DNA of 64,000 nt from Nitrospinaceae bacterium (GCA_029261405.1 JAJDBK010000057.1:1906-65905); one strand, 5' to 3'. Shown: positions 1 through 10,135, counted from the first letter of the stretch. Made by a program: numbers and translations. The notes: generated from the sequence alone by a model not told the origin.

Positions 1-1097
1 TCAACCGACAACGTCCCGTAGATATCGTTCACACGGCTGAAAAAGTTGTCCAGGAGATTTTTTGAACGGCGGCGCATTATTCTGACAAAAGCGATCAAGA
101 GCGAAACAAGACCGGTCAACGCTGTCAGACAGAGGGCGATCACCTCGGCGTATCGTTCCAGAAATCCGGGGTGACGGCGGTCAAAAAAACCTGCGGCGCC
201 TTCATGTAGCGGAAGTGAGAACGCTCCGGGATTGAGGTTGTCGTTCGATATCACGTTTACCCCACTCTCAAGGGAGATAGACCCCCAGTTGTGGTAGACA
301 AGTCGCGCAAGCTCATAAGCGATATCTTCCGGCAGATCGCCTTTCGAAATGAGCGTGGTCTGGACGGAAATTGTCGAAACCGGTTTAGTAGGTCTTTCGC
401 CGAAGAGTCGTTTGGGAATCTGGAACGGTTTGTAATAAGGGTACCTTATCGACAGGCTCTCGGTTTCAGAACCGGGGCCAGAATCCCCGATGGATACATA
501 CCGTACATCGCCGGAACGGACAGCTTTCCCCACAGCGGGTGAAAAAACTCCGGTTACCAGCATGATCGCATCGACCTTGCCATCAGAGAGCATGTTGATA
601 CTTTCTGTGAATGGGGTGTCGCACAGAGTGTACGAGTCTGGCCCGATCCCGAAATGGGCGAGTACCCTGCCGTTGGTCCTGGCCATACCGCTCCCGGAAC
701 TCCCGATACAGACTTTATGCCCTTTGAAATCATCAATTGATTCGACACCGGAATCGCTTCGCACAAGAATATGTAAAACCTCCCGGAAAAGTTGTGTCAC
801 GCTCCGTTCGTTACCAGAGCTGAACACGTCACCCTGGATAATGGCAAGGTCCGCCTTTCCCTCCTGGATAAGTTTCAGGTTTTGAACCGAGCCTTCCCCT
901 GCAAGGACCGAAACATCGTAACGGCCTGTAGCGTTCATTACTCGGGCCAAACTCTGCCCGGCTTTGTAAAATGAACCAGACTTCGATCCGGTTGCGATAG
1001 TCAGCTTTTCGGAAGCGTTTTTACCGCAAGAGACAGTGGCGAGGCAGAGTAGAAGAGCGGCCAACAAGAGCGGATACCTTCGGAACGTAAAAATCAT
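1..1097 (-). CDS. TAXI-family TRAP transporter solute-binding subunit (partial; 3' end runs off window start). N-terminus MIFTFRRYPLLLAALLLCLATVSCGKNAS is lipoprotein-like.
   Basis: Manual translation of minus strand from ATG (complement of 1095-1097) gives a continuous ORF to position 1. The ORF track lists only competing + strand ORFs here because this one has no stop in the window. Signal peptide with Cys, then TAXI-like periplasmic binding fold motifs (GSSGSGMARTNG, HEGAAGFF). Confidence 0.55.
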   Translation of the reverse strand, partial: MIFTFRRYPLLLAALLLCLATVSCGKNASEKLTIATGSKSGSFYKAGQSLARVMNATGRYDVSVLAGEGSVQNLKLIQEGKADLAIIQGDVFSSGNERSVTQLFREVLHILVRSDSGVESIDDFKGHKVCIGSSGSGMARTNGRVLAHFGIGPDSYTLCDTPFTESINMLSDGKVDAIMLVTGVFSPAVGKAVRSGDVRYVSIGDSGPGSETESLSIRYPYYKPFQIPKRLFGERPTKPVSTISVQTTLISKGDLPEDIAYELARLVYHNWGSISLESGVNVISNDNLNPGAFSLPLHEGAAGFFDRRHPGFLERYAEVIALCLTALTGLVSLLIAFVRIMRRRSKNLLDNFFSRVNDIYGTLSV

Positions 1098-1238
1098 CTA
1101 TGGAGCCTCCATGGCATGATTATAATACCTTATCCGTTTTTTTTCCCTTCATTCAGAATCCATTTCATGCTTACGGAATCTGAAAGGGGAAGTTACATAA
1201 ATGAAAAAGAGTAAAAACACGTTTCTCAGGGGGAAGAC

Positions 1239-1466
1239 ATGAATGTTGACAATAGTATAGATTGCAAGGGGCTGGCGTGTCCGGAACCGATTCTTCATAC
1301 AAAAATGGCGATCAACAAGATGGAATCGGGTCAGATACTTGAGGTTTTTACCACAGACCCTGGCTCGATAAACGATATGGCCGCCTGGTCTCGCAGGACC
1401 AAAAACCCGATAGTGGATAAATCTGAAGATGGTGACGTGTTCCGTTTCCTGATTCAAAAAGCGTAA
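1239..1466 (+). CDS. tusA: TusA-like sulfurtransferase (CPxP motif: CKGLACPEP)
   Basis: 75 aa ORF with the hallmark TusA/SirA Cys-Pro-x-Pro motif near the N-terminus. Directly followed by a DsrE-like gene. Confidence 0.75.
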   Translation: MNVDNSIDCKGLACPEPILHTKMAINKMESGQILEVFTTDPGSINDMAAWSRRTKNPIVDKSEDGDVFRFLIQKA

Positions 1467-1482
1467 GCGCAGGTAAGGAAAT

Positions 1483-1956
1483 ATGTCTGAAGAAACAAAA
1501 AGTATAGCTCTGGTCGCCTCCAAGGGAACGCTGGATCAGGCTTACCCCCCATTGATTCTCGCCTCCACAGGCGCCGCAATGGATATGGAAGCGGCGATCT
1601 TTTTCACCTTCTACGGTCTCGATATCATCCACAAGGATAAATACAAGAACCTCAAGGTAGCGCCTCTGGCTAACCCGGCGGCGCCAATGCCTGTTCCCAA
1701 TATCGTAGGTGTTCTGCCAGGTATGACCTACGCCGCCACCTGGATGATGAACGACTGGATGAGCAAAGCGAACGTCGCCACCATTCCGAAACTGATAGAG
1801 CAGTGCCAGATGGCCGGAGTCAGGATGATCGGGTGCCAGATGACAATGGATGTCATGGGAGTAAAAAGATCGGACCTGATAGATGGCATAGAGCTGGGTG
1901 GAGCCGCCATGTTTCTAGACTTCGCCGCCGACTCCGACATAAACATGTTCATCTAG
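1483..1956 (+). CDS. DsrE/DsrF-like sulfur-relay family protein (often annotated as a peroxiredoxin-family protein)
   Basis: 157 aa soluble protein, 16 nt after tusA. Size and composition are consistent with the DsrE-like family, including the conserved Cys-containing GCQMTMD segment. Family call by motif recollection only. Confidence 0.55.
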   Translation: MSEETKSIALVASKGTLDQAYPPLILASTGAAMDMEAAIFFTFYGLDIIHKDKYKNLKVAPLANPAAPMPVPNIVGVLPGMTYAATWMMNDWMSKANVATIPKLIEQCQMAGVRMIGCQMTMDVMGVKRSDLIDGIELGGAAMFLDFAADSDINMFI

Positions 1957-1985
1957 GTGCGTGGCGCACTGCCAGCTACGCTAGG
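1953..1985. repeat. Single copy of a palindromic repeat unit (ctag-gtgcgtggcgcac-tgcc-agctacg-ctag), near-identical to the 27-bp tandem unit at 62638-62745. It starts at the TAG stop codon of the DsrE-like gene.
   Basis: Direct comparison of the two sequences. Both share an inner palindrome GTGCG-TGG-CGCAC. Confidence 0.6.
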
Positions 1986-2139
1986 AGCCGATAGGCTGAT
2001 TACGTTCGTTCGCCGGGGCCGGATGGCCCGGGCTTCGGTCAGTGGCAGGGCTTGCATGATAGTGATTAGGAGAAAATGAACCGGGGCGGAGGGACATAGT
2101 TACCCGGACAAACAGCGATAACAATCCCCCGCTAACGCC

Positions 2140-2487
2140 ATGCAGGCCGTCCCGGCTCTCTCCTGTCTTACCGTAAAGGACGAATTGGTCATAGCGTTTG
2201 CCGACAAGTCACGCCCGGTCGAATATGTTCCGAACAAAGAAGCTGATATTAAAAAGTGGCTCACAAAGATAGAGATCGGTTCGTTGGTGGCGATGGGGTC
2301 TGCCGGGTCGTATCACGAACTATTGATGGATTGTTGCCACTCCCACGGTTTGACACCATACCTGATCAACCAGCAAGACAGACGCAACTACGCTAAGAGC
2401 CTTGGAGCGCGGGGAAAAACAGATAGCGCCGATGACGACGCGCTAGCCCATATAAAATCTGGAGCGTTGCAAAAGATAACCTATTGA
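2140..2487 (+). pseudogene. IS110-family transposase, N-terminal (DEDD) fragment only; truncated remnant
   Basis: 115 aa ORF with a VAMGSAGSYHELL motif (IS110 consensus AMEATGxYH) and a GKTDSADDDAL motif (IS110 KTDKIDA). The C-terminal domain is missing and the ORF ends 6 nt from the 3' end of tRNA-Val. Confidence 0.55.
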
Positions 2488-2492
2488 AAACA

Positions 2493-2568
2493 TGGTGGGC
2501 GGTGAGGGGATCGAACCCCCGACATCCTGCGTGTAAAGCAGGCGCTCTCCCAGCTGAGCTAACCGCCC
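2493..2568 (-). tRNA. tRNA-Val (anticodon TAC)
   Basis: Reverse complement reads GGGCGGTTAGCTCAGCTGGGAGAGCGCCTGCTTTACACGCAGGATGTCGGGGGTTCGATCCCCTCACCGCCCACCA. Cloverleaf elements present: 7-bp acceptor stem, GTTCGATCC T-arm, anticodon loop CTTTACACG, encoded CCA. Confidence 0.85.
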
Positions 2569-2622
2569 ACGTATGAGAAGAGGGAGCATACCATATACCC
2601 CGAGGCAAAGTCCACGCACTCT

Positions 2623-3000
2623 CTATTCATCATTTTTCTTCAGGAAATCGAGAATTGCTAAAATCTCATCTGGAGTCAATTGCTCGATCTTCATTGCTGT
2701 CTCTTTCTTCTTATCTTTCCCCTTCATCCACTTCTTCAGTTCAGTGGTCTCGGAATGATCCCCCTCCCAAACCTTTTGTGGATTACTCAGCCATTCGTAA
2801 AGCCACTCTGCGCTATGTCGCTTGCTGACTCCAAGGAGTCCGGGGCCTACCTTCTTCTTTACTGTGAGGTTGTGACAATTCATGCATTTCTTGGTTCTGA
2901 AAAGCTCTTCCCCTTTGCCGACTTCCGCTCCGTGGGAAACCAGGGCGCTACAAACTACAACTAACGCCATAGCTACGAAGTTACTGACTATTTTATCCAT
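2623..3000 (-). CDS. Monoheme c-type cytochrome (class I-like), secreted
   Basis: 125 aa with N-terminal hydrophobic signal and a single CMNCH heme-binding motif. Confidence 0.7.
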   Translation of the reverse strand: MDKIVSNFVAMALVVVCSALVSHGAEVGKGEELFRTKKCMNCHNLTVKKKVGPGLLGVSKRHSAEWLYEWLSNPQKVWEGDHSETTELKKWMKGKDKKKETAMKIEQLTPDEILAILDFLKKNDE

Positions 3001-3611
3001 TACCTTATTTGCTTTGTATATCTTGCGCTATCACTGGGAAAACCATAAATCACCAGCCCGGATAAGATATTACGCATAAATAGCAAGCCTGAAAGTGAAT
3101 ATGCAATCAATTTTCAATCCGACAATATTCTCTTGGGTAGAAGTACGGTGGCCAGACAGGCGACAGAATCGATCTTTAACCAGAACGATGTTAAAGCGAC
3201 CTTGCGAGCCGTGTCAACAGATAATGAGTTTAACTGAAAAAAGCCCATATCGTTTCAAATTATAAACCACACAACACTTATTTCAATCACTGTACTATGC
3301 TTCATTTGCCACATGCCAACATTGTTTTCAAATGCAGGACGAAAGTAGCAACATCGTCACATTAGTTTAGATATTGCAACATGGGAAAAACGAGGAACTA
3401 ACATCCGCAAACTACTTCAATTAATGAACTATATTCGACACTCAGATGAGATAACCGAGATCTGGCAAAACTGAAACCGAGCAAAAAACATCGTCCGCAA
3501 GAGGTTCGCCACACACATTACTGCAGTTTCTGCATTTTCTAAAGATTAATTATTCAATGAATTAAAAAGAAGCGTTGACTATCTACAAATCAAAAACAGT
3601 ATAGTTCTAAA

Positions 3612-4553
3612 TCACCTGCTGGATGCGGCTGAAAGAATTGATCGCTCCACAAGGAGGGCCGCCCACGCGCCCACGCGAACCGTATCGGCTCTCTTGTCTC
3701 CAGTCGATACTACGAATATCATATCTCCGTCGTAGGGTGTATGTGAGGGTTCCACAGCCCTTGCTATTCCGTCGTGAGCCATGATTGCGATACGTTTCGC
3801 CTCGGCTTTCGTAAGTTGCGCGTCTGTGACCACCACACCAATCACGGTAGCGCCAAAACCTGGAGGTTGAACCGGTTTATCGAGATAATGGACGGGAGAG
3901 CCGTTCTCATCGCGCGCAACGGCAACGCAATTGCCATTAAAACGGTCAGTCACGGCTCCAAAACAGTTCGCCACCATCAAGGCTCCGACCGAAACGCCCT
4001 CTTCAATTACAGACCGTGACGCCAAACCACCCGGTGAGCTTTTTGTCGGGCCGAGATATTTCGCGACGGTCGCTCCAGTTCCAGCTCCGATCCGCCCTTC
4101 ATCCCCGACACTCTTCTTATCCGCATTTTTACACGCCAGGTACCCTTCCTGCGGGCCCGGTCTGACATCAGATGCGCCCACCGCCAGGTCGTATATAACC
4201 GCAACCGGAGCAATAGGGACAATATGATCGCCTGCCTGGAAACCTTTCCCTTGCTCCTCAAGGTATCGCCGCGCGCCATCTCCTGTAGCCAGCCCGAAAG
4301 CCGAACCACCCGACAAGAGAATAGCGTTAACCCCTCTGACCAGCGCTGATGGGTCCAGCAGATCTGTCTCCGATGCGCCGGGAGCGCCACCTGCGACATG
4401 CACACTTGCGGTGGAGAGTTGATCGAAGAGGATGGCGGTGCAACCTGTCTGGGCATTATGGTTTGACCAGTGCCCTACGCTAACACCTGGAACATCAACA
4501 AGTCTGGATACGGGGTTAATGGATATCATTCTTTCGTGAGTTCCTTGCAACAT
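3612..4553 (-). CDS. P1/DmpA-family peptidase (peptidase S58, L-aminopeptidase/D-Ala-esterase-like)
   Basis: 313 aa. Gly/Ala-rich DmpA/ArgJ-like fold signatures (GCTAILFD, SGGSAFGL, GTGATV). Confidence 0.65.
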   Translation of the reverse strand: MLQGTHERMISINPVSRLVDVPGVSVGHWSNHNAQTGCTAILFDQLSTASVHVAGGAPGASETDLLDPSALVRGVNAILLSGGSAFGLATGDGARRYLEEQGKGFQAGDHIVPIAPVAVIYDLAVGASDVRPGPQEGYLACKNADKKSVGDEGRIGAGTGATVAKYLGPTKSSPGGLASRSVIEEGVSVGALMVANCFGAVTDRFNGNCVAVARDENGSPVHYLDKPVQPPGFGATVIGVVVTDAQLTKAEAKRIAIMAHDGIARAVEPSHTPYDGDMIFVVSTGDKRADTVRVGAWAALLVERSILSAASSR

Positions 4554-4688
4554 TAAACCGCTAGGAGTCTGTCGAACTTAGGGGTTCGTTAGCGAGTAGT
4601 GCGACTACCCCGGGTGGCTCGACCACAGCAAGTGGTCGCACCACTTTGTAGCAGAATCATCATAAGTCCAACAGACTCCCAGGGCGCT

Positions 4689-5819
4689 TTATTTAAGTTC
4701 GACCAGCAGTATGGCCACATCATCATTGAAGCTGTCTTCAGAGTTAAAACCGGCCACTTCTTCAAGGATTTCATTAAGAAGAGCTTCAGGGTCAACCTCA
4801 AGACCGGCTTTGAGTTTATCCACCAGCCTTTTTTCGCCATACTGGTTCCCATCAGCGTCCATAACTTCGGTAATACCATCGGAGTAGGTTACGATCCGGT
4901 CGCCTTTATTTATTTGAACAGATTTTTCCTCAACGAAGAACTCGTCATCGAGTCCAACCACGTCTCCTGCGGCTGTAAGGTTCTCCACACTCCCCGATTC
5001 CCGTTTAACGAGGATCGGGTATGGGTGTCCAGCTCTTACATAGGTCATGACACCTGTATTTGTATCGAGCGATCCGAAAAACATGGTCAGATATTCAGGT
5101 TCAGGGGTAACTTTCAACAGTTTGATGTTAAGTTCGCTTACGATTTTCACTATAGAACTCTCGGTCGCCGTAATTTCGTTTATCATCGCTTTGGCCAGGG
5201 CGGCGATCATGGCGCCAGATGGTCCGTGTCCCGACACGTCCGCCATGATTATCCCGACCTTGCCGTCGCCAAGATCGATGACGTCATAATAGTCGCCACC
5301 GATTGATCTGGCCGCTTCGTACCTACTTGCGAAAGTAACCTTTTCTTCGTACGGGAAATGGGTTGGCAACAACGCCCTTTGCACTTCAATCGCCGTATGA
5401 AGGTCTTCTTCCATGCTTTTGTTTGCGCTGGCCACCTGGTCGTAGAGCTGTTTCATACGAAGCATGGAGTTCACCCTGGCGGCAAGCTCCGTTTCGTGGA
5501 AAGGTTTTGTCAGGTACTCCTCCGCTCCGGCGGCAAGGCCCTTGACGATATCTTCAACATCAATTTTGTTGGCGGTAAGCAGGATAATCGGTATGTGATG
5601 GGTATTCGGATCTTTCTTAAGAGTTTCGGCAACTTCAAGACCACTGATTCCTGGCATCATTACATCAAGAAGCAGAAGATCGACATGTTCGGTCCTGGCT
5701 TTTTCAATTGCGTCTTTCCCGTTGTAGGCCGAAACCACCTCATGCTCCATCCGCTCCAGAATAAGCTGTAGCAGAAAGACGTTATCTTCTATGTCGTCAA
5801 CAACCAGTATTCTCGCCAC
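4689..5819 (-). CDS. Response regulator receiver fused to PP2C/SpoIIE-type serine phosphatase (RsbU-like)
   Basis: N-terminal ILVVDD ... DLLLLDVMMPG ... TKPF receiver motifs. C-terminal GGDYYD ... SGHG ... YSDG PP2C metal-binding motifs. Confidence 0.8.
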   Translation of the reverse strand: MARILVVDDIEDNVFLLQLILERMEHEVVSAYNGKDAIEKARTEHVDLLLLDVMMPGISGLEVAETLKKDPNTHHIPIILLTANKIDVEDIVKGLAAGAEEYLTKPFHETELAARVNSMLRMKQLYDQVASANKSMEEDLHTAIEVQRALLPTHFPYEEKVTFASRYEAARSIGGDYYDVIDLGDGKVGIIMADVSGHGPSGAMIAALAKAMINEITATESSIVKIVSELNIKLLKVTPEPEYLTMFFGSLDTNTGVMTYVRAGHPYPILVKRESGSVENLTAAGDVVGLDDEFFVEEKSVQINKGDRIVTYSDGITEVMDADGNQYGEKRLVDKLKAGLEVDPEALLNEILEEVAGFNSEDSFNDDVAILLVELK

Positions 5820-5846
5820 TTCTATTCACCGCAATAATATTCGGAT

Positions 5847-6857
5847 TTAACGCCGCCTGCGCTTGAGTTGGTATTTTCTCACTGCACGGTTATGTTCCGC
5901 AAGTGTCAAAGAGAAATGATGCTCCCCGTTCTCCTTTTTGGCGACGAAATAGAGGTATTTCGTATCGGCGGGCTCCGCTACGGCCAGGAGCGATAAAAAT
6001 CCGGGATTTGCGATAGGACCGGGTGGTAAACCTCTGTGGACATATGTGTTGTAGGGAGATTTATTGAGCAGGTCTTTTTTGGTAATGTTCCCGTCAAAAT
6101 CGGGGAGGGAGTATATGACCGTCGGATCGCATTGCAGAAGCATTTTACGTTTCAACCGGTTGTAGAAGACTGACGCCACCAGTTTTCTCTCTTTTGCAAC
6201 AGAGGTCTCCTTCTCCACCAGGGAAGCCATGGTCACCATCTTGTGAAGTTCATCCCGGTTTTCGGTGGATGAGGGTGGCAGTTTTTTTACCTTCTCAAAG
6301 AAGAGTTTTGTCATGGTGTTTGCGATCTCCTTTTCCGGAACTCCTTTGCGAAACATATACGTCTCCGGAAAAAGGTATCCTTCCAGCGAATCGGCGGGAA
6401 TACGGTAATGATCGATAAGCCCTTTATCTCTTCCGGCTTTGACGAACTCCGCCGAATCGGCGAGACCGTTTTTTTCGAGCAATTCGGCTATCTCAAATAT
6501 GGTCAGACCTTCCGGGACGGTTACGGAGTGTAAAAGCGTCTCGCCTCTTGCAAGTTTTTGTACGGCTGACCGGATACTGCTATCCTTGCTGAACCTGTAC
6601 TCCCCCGCTTTGAGGGCGCCTGTGTTTCCGGTAAGTCTGGCTTCGATTTCAAACAGGACCGGGTTACCGATAACCCCTGCGGACGATAGTTTTTGGGCGA
6701 CACTGCGCAGAGAGGAGCCTTTTTCGATCTGAACCACAATCTCCCCCGGACCGGTTTTACCCGTAGCCGTAACTTGCTTTTCAAACCATCCGTATAATGC
6801 TCCCCCCAGAACGACCGCCAGGAAGAGAAGTTTTAAATAGACGCCTGCTTTCATCAT
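5847..6857 (-). CDS. mltG: Endolytic murein transglycosylase MltG (YceG family)
   Basis: 336 aa, N-terminal TM anchor and YceG-like domain motifs (FPETY, LQCDPTVIY, NTYVHRGLPPGPI). Confidence 0.85.
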   Translation of the reverse strand: MMKAGVYLKLLFLAVVLGGALYGWFEKQVTATGKTGPGEIVVQIEKGSSLRSVAQKLSSAGVIGNPVLFEIEARLTGNTGALKAGEYRFSKDSSIRSAVQKLARGETLLHSVTVPEGLTIFEIAELLEKNGLADSAEFVKAGRDKGLIDHYRIPADSLEGYLFPETYMFRKGVPEKEIANTMTKLFFEKVKKLPPSSTENRDELHKMVTMASLVEKETSVAKERKLVASVFYNRLKRKMLLQCDPTVIYSLPDFDGNITKKDLLNKSPYNTYVHRGLPPGPIANPGFLSLLAVAEPADTKYLYFVAKKENGEHHFSLTLAEHNRAVRKYQLKRRRR

Positions 6858-7276
6858 GTTGCGGGGCGGGATTGGAGCCAGCTTGAGAGTATCAGTTGGG
6901 CCGCCATCTGGTCCTTGAAGTTTTTTCTCTTTTTCCTCGATACGTTCGCTTCGATCAGAACCCTCTCGGCCATGGCGGTGGTGAGACGTTCATCCCAGGT
7001 CGCAACCGGTATGTCGAGATCCTTCTCCAGTTTTTTGGCGATATTCCCGCATAATGTCGCCATCTCGCCGTAAGAACCGTCCATGTTGCGAGGGATACCG
7101 ACCACAACCGATTCGACAGTCTCATACTCTTCGATGAGGCGGATGACGTTGCGCAGGTCGTCTTTATACCCTTTCCGGCTCCATGAACCAGCGGGTTGGG
7201 CGGTAATACCGAGTTCATCGCTTATAGCGGCGCCTGTGCGGACCGTGCCGAGATCGAGAGCCAGAGTTCTTGCCAT
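6854..7276 (-). CDS. ruvX: Holliday junction resolvase-like nuclease RuvX/YqgF
   Basis: 140 aa with the N-terminal LALDLGTVRTGAAISD motif typical of YqgF. Overlaps mltG by 4 nt. Confidence 0.85.
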   Translation of the reverse strand: MARTLALDLGTVRTGAAISDELGITAQPAGSWSRKGYKDDLRNVIRLIEEYETVESVVVGIPRNMDGSYGEMATLCGNIAKKLEKDLDIPVATWDERLTTAMAERVLIEANVSRKKRKNFKDQMAAQLILSSWLQSRPAT

Positions 7277-7277
7277 G

Positions 7278-9335
7278 TCAGTTTCCGGTTATAGCCACAA
7301 TAGATTGATGCAAAATATCGGTCATCCTGTTTAGCTCCGACTCAGTGACCACTGGCGCCGGGAACAGGACCAGGACATCTCCCAAAGGCCGAACAAGAAG
7401 CCCTCTTCTCTTCGCCTCTTCACAAACCTTGTGGCCGGTTCTGTCTGCAGAATCGAATGGCTCTTTGGTTAAGCGATCCTGCACAAGTTCGATCCCCGCA
7501 ATAAGCCCTCTTTGCCTGATATCCCCCACATGATGCAGGTCGACAAACCGGACAAGAGCCGAGGAGAGGTCCGCCCCTCTCTCCTGAAAGGTAGCGACGA
7601 TATTACGCTCTTTGTAAAGTTTCAGATTTTCAAGAGCCACTGCGGCGCCCACCTGGTTGGCGGTATATGTATGACCGTGAAAAAAAGTCTTGCCATCTTT
7701 ATGTTCGCCATCAAAAGCGTTGTAGATCATATCGGTGGTCAAGGTTGCGGCAAATGGAAGAATACCTCCGGTTATCGATTTTGAGAGGGCCATGATATCG
7801 GGTGTTACCTCTTCATGGTTACAGGCGAACATCTCACCAGTTCGACCAAAGCCGACCGCCACCTCGTCGGCGATCAGGAGCGTGTTGTGTCTACGCAATA
7901 TTTCGGCTATTTTCTTAAGATACCCGTGGGGCGCGGTGATGATACCACCGGGACACTGCACCAGCGGCTCAACGATCATGGCGGCGTATCTATCCTTGTT
8001 GGCAGTCAGTTTTTCACCCACAACATCAGCGCACGCAATGGCGCAATCGGGGTAGCTTTTGCCGAGGGGGCAACGGTAACAATAAGGGGCGGGAACAAAA
8101 TCGGTAGCAAATAGAATATCCCGGAATTCGGCGTGGTACAGATCAACACCTCCCACCGCCATGGCGCCGACCGTATCGCCATGATACGCCATGTCGAGGG
8201 CGAGAAACTTCGTCCGGTTCGATTCAGGCTCAACCCGTTTCCAGTATTGGTACGCCATTTTCAACCCCACCTCCACCGCCGTGGAGCCGTTGTCCGAATA
8301 GAAGACCTTTTTCATGCCTTCCGGGGCTATCTCTATCAATCTTTCCGCAAGCTCTATGGCCGGAACGTTCGAGAGGCCGAGAAATGTCGAGTGGGCGATT
8401 TTTCCAAGCTGGGCGTGGGCGGCGTGAATCAGGCGCGGTTCGCCATGCCCGTGGATGTTGCACCAGTAGCTTGAAAATCCGTCAAGAAACTGATCGCCGG
8501 TGACATCGCGCACCTTAACACCGTGGCCCGATTCGATAACAGTCACCCGATCCTTGCGCCACTGTTTCATCTGGGTAAACGGATGCCAGATATACTTTTT
8601 GTCCCGCTCCTCATAATAGTTCCGACGGCTGGATGAGTATCCGGTTTCAAGAGCTGTGATCAAACGGTCAACATCCACACCTTTCAGGAAATTTTCCAGC
8701 AGTTCATCGGGGTTGTCGGGATCGCTTATATGCTGTACCAGCCCGAAAACCGGGACACCACCCCGCTTCTCTATAAAGTCGAAATCGGGAACCGGGTATA
8801 CCTTTTTTTTATGTTGGGAGAAAATAACTCCCAGTACATTCACACCCTGAGTCCTCACAGCCTGAATCGTCGAAAGTGTATGGTTTATCGAACCCAGAAA
8901 GGGATGGGCGACTATTAGCGCCGGAACTCCCATCAGCCGGGCGAGGTCTCCGATATCGAGTTTGTCCGTCAGTGGCGCCAGTGGCCCCCCCGCCCCTTCC
9001 ACAAGCGTAATGTCGTGGCTTGTGGAAAGATGTTTATAGGCGGCTCTGATCTTTTCCGGGTCGATAACCAGATCTTCGGCCAGAGCGGCGTGATAAGGGG
9101 AGAGCGGCTTTTTGAGAACATAAGGCGCCACAAGGTTTTCCGGGTCGTCTGTTCCGGTCATCTTTTTCAGATACTTTGTGTCCTTGCCCTGTTCAGTTTT
9201 TGCGCCCGACTCGACCGGTTTCATGACACCAACGTCGTAGCCGTTTTTTATTAGCGTCAGAGCAAGCGCGCCGGTAATAGTGGTCTTCCCTATCCCGGTA
9301 TCAACACCTGTCACAAACAGCCCTGTTGTTATCAT
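7278..9335 (-). CDS. bioDA: Bifunctional dethiobiotin synthetase (BioD, N-terminal) fused to adenosylmethionine-8-amino-7-oxononanoate aminotransferase (BioA, C-terminal)
   Basis: N-terminal GLFVTGVDTGIGKTTITGALA P-loop plus MKPVESG is BioD. The C-terminal ~440 aa is a class-III PLP aminotransferase (EPLVQCPGG..., ADEVAVGFGRTG, SKSITGG with the PLP lysine). The in-frame start at 9335 (MITTG, preceded by GGTGA) is preferred over the track's 33-aa N-terminal extension. Confidence 0.8.
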   Translation of the reverse strand: MITTGLFVTGVDTGIGKTTITGALALTLIKNGYDVGVMKPVESGAKTEQGKDTKYLKKMTGTDDPENLVAPYVLKKPLSPYHAALAEDLVIDPEKIRAAYKHLSTSHDITLVEGAGGPLAPLTDKLDIGDLARLMGVPALIVAHPFLGSINHTLSTIQAVRTQGVNVLGVIFSQHKKKVYPVPDFDFIEKRGGVPVFGLVQHISDPDNPDELLENFLKGVDVDRLITALETGYSSSRRNYYEERDKKYIWHPFTQMKQWRKDRVTVIESGHGVKVRDVTGDQFLDGFSSYWCNIHGHGEPRLIHAAHAQLGKIAHSTFLGLSNVPAIELAERLIEIAPEGMKKVFYSDNGSTAVEVGLKMAYQYWKRVEPESNRTKFLALDMAYHGDTVGAMAVGGVDLYHAEFRDILFATDFVPAPYCYRCPLGKSYPDCAIACADVVGEKLTANKDRYAAMIVEPLVQCPGGIITAPHGYLKKIAEILRRHNTLLIADEVAVGFGRTGEMFACNHEEVTPDIMALSKSITGGILPFAATLTTDMIYNAFDGEHKDGKTFFHGHTYTANQVGAAVALENLKLYKERNIVATFQERGADLSSALVRFVDLHHVGDIRQRGLIAGIELVQDRLTKEPFDSADRTGHKVCEEAKRRGLLVRPLGDVLVLFPAPVVTESELNRMTDILHQSIVAITGN

Positions 9336-9337
9336 CT

Positions 9338-10135
9338 CTATATTTTCACCGCTCTTATATATATCACCTCGTAGGTTATCCCTACACCACCTTCGACGGC
9401 AAACTTTTGATGGTATTTCTCCATGAAGGCGCACATAACCGAACGTCTGCCGAGTCCGAGGAACGAAAGCCCCGGATTGTTCTGAACACCGCTTTTTTTC
9501 AGGGTTCGCAGTAGCTCCTTAACATCCGCATATACCTTGCGAACGGTAACGCTGGTGGTCTCTATGGCAAACAGGGAACGGCCCGCCAATTCGATTTCAT
9601 CGGCGGAGAGAAAATTTACGAATGTGTCATCCGGTATCTTTTTCCCACAAACCTCAAACCCAGCGATCATCGCATCCCTTATTTCGTGGAAAGTATTTTT
9701 ACCCAGTGTCGTTGCCATGAAAACGCCGCCGGGTATTAAAACCCTTGCCGACTCGGCAAAAACATCGCCAAGGTCAGGCGCCCACTGCAACATCAGATTG
9801 GAGGTAACAAGATCGACAGAACCCCTCTTTACTGGAAGAGATACAGCGTCAGCCTGAGCGATGTGCAAAGCTCCACCCTTCTCTTTCGCAAGCAACGCCA
9901 TCTTCATGGAGGTGTCCAACGCCACAGTTGTGTGGAACGATCCCGATTGCGCCAGTCTTTGCGTCAGCCATCCGGGGCCACATCCGAGATCGAGGCATAC
10001 ACCCGATGTTCCACTGGTGGCGACTCTCCTTGCAAGGGTGTCGGCTGTCTCTTTCTGGAAAATGGCGTACCGTTCGTAGCTCTTTGCGTTCAGATCAAAA
10101 GAACTGCGAACCGCCGCACCTACAGCGGGGGGCAT
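9338..10135 (-). CDS. bioC: Malonyl-ACP O-methyltransferase BioC (class I SAM methyltransferase)
   Basis: 265 aa with an LDLGCGPG SAM-binding motif. Sits between the bioH-like and bioDA genes, 2-nt gap. Confidence 0.7.
   Translation of the reverse strand: MPPAVGAAVRSSFDLNAKSYERYAIFQKETADTLARRVATSGTSGVCLDLGCGPGWLTQRLAQSGSFHTTVALDTSMKMALLAKEKGGALHIAQADAVSLPVKRGSVDLVTSNLMLQWAPDLGDVFAESARVLIPGGVFMATTLGKNTFHEIRDAMIAGFEVCGKKIPDDTFVNFLSADEIELAGRSLFAIETTSVTVRKVYADVKELLRTLKKSGVQNNPGLSFLGLGRRSVMCAFMEKYHQKFAVEGGVGITYEVIYIRAVKI

Noticed and set aside
4599-5306. 235-aa + strand ORF overlapping the REC-PP2C gene
   Set aside because: Antisense to a gene with unambiguous receiver and PP2C motifs. No recognisable domains.
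7278-9434. Track start (718 aa) for the bioDA fusion
   Set aside because: The first 33 codons have no similarity to BioD. The internal Met at 9335 is followed immediately by the BioD P-loop and preceded by GGTGA, so the shorter form is preferred.
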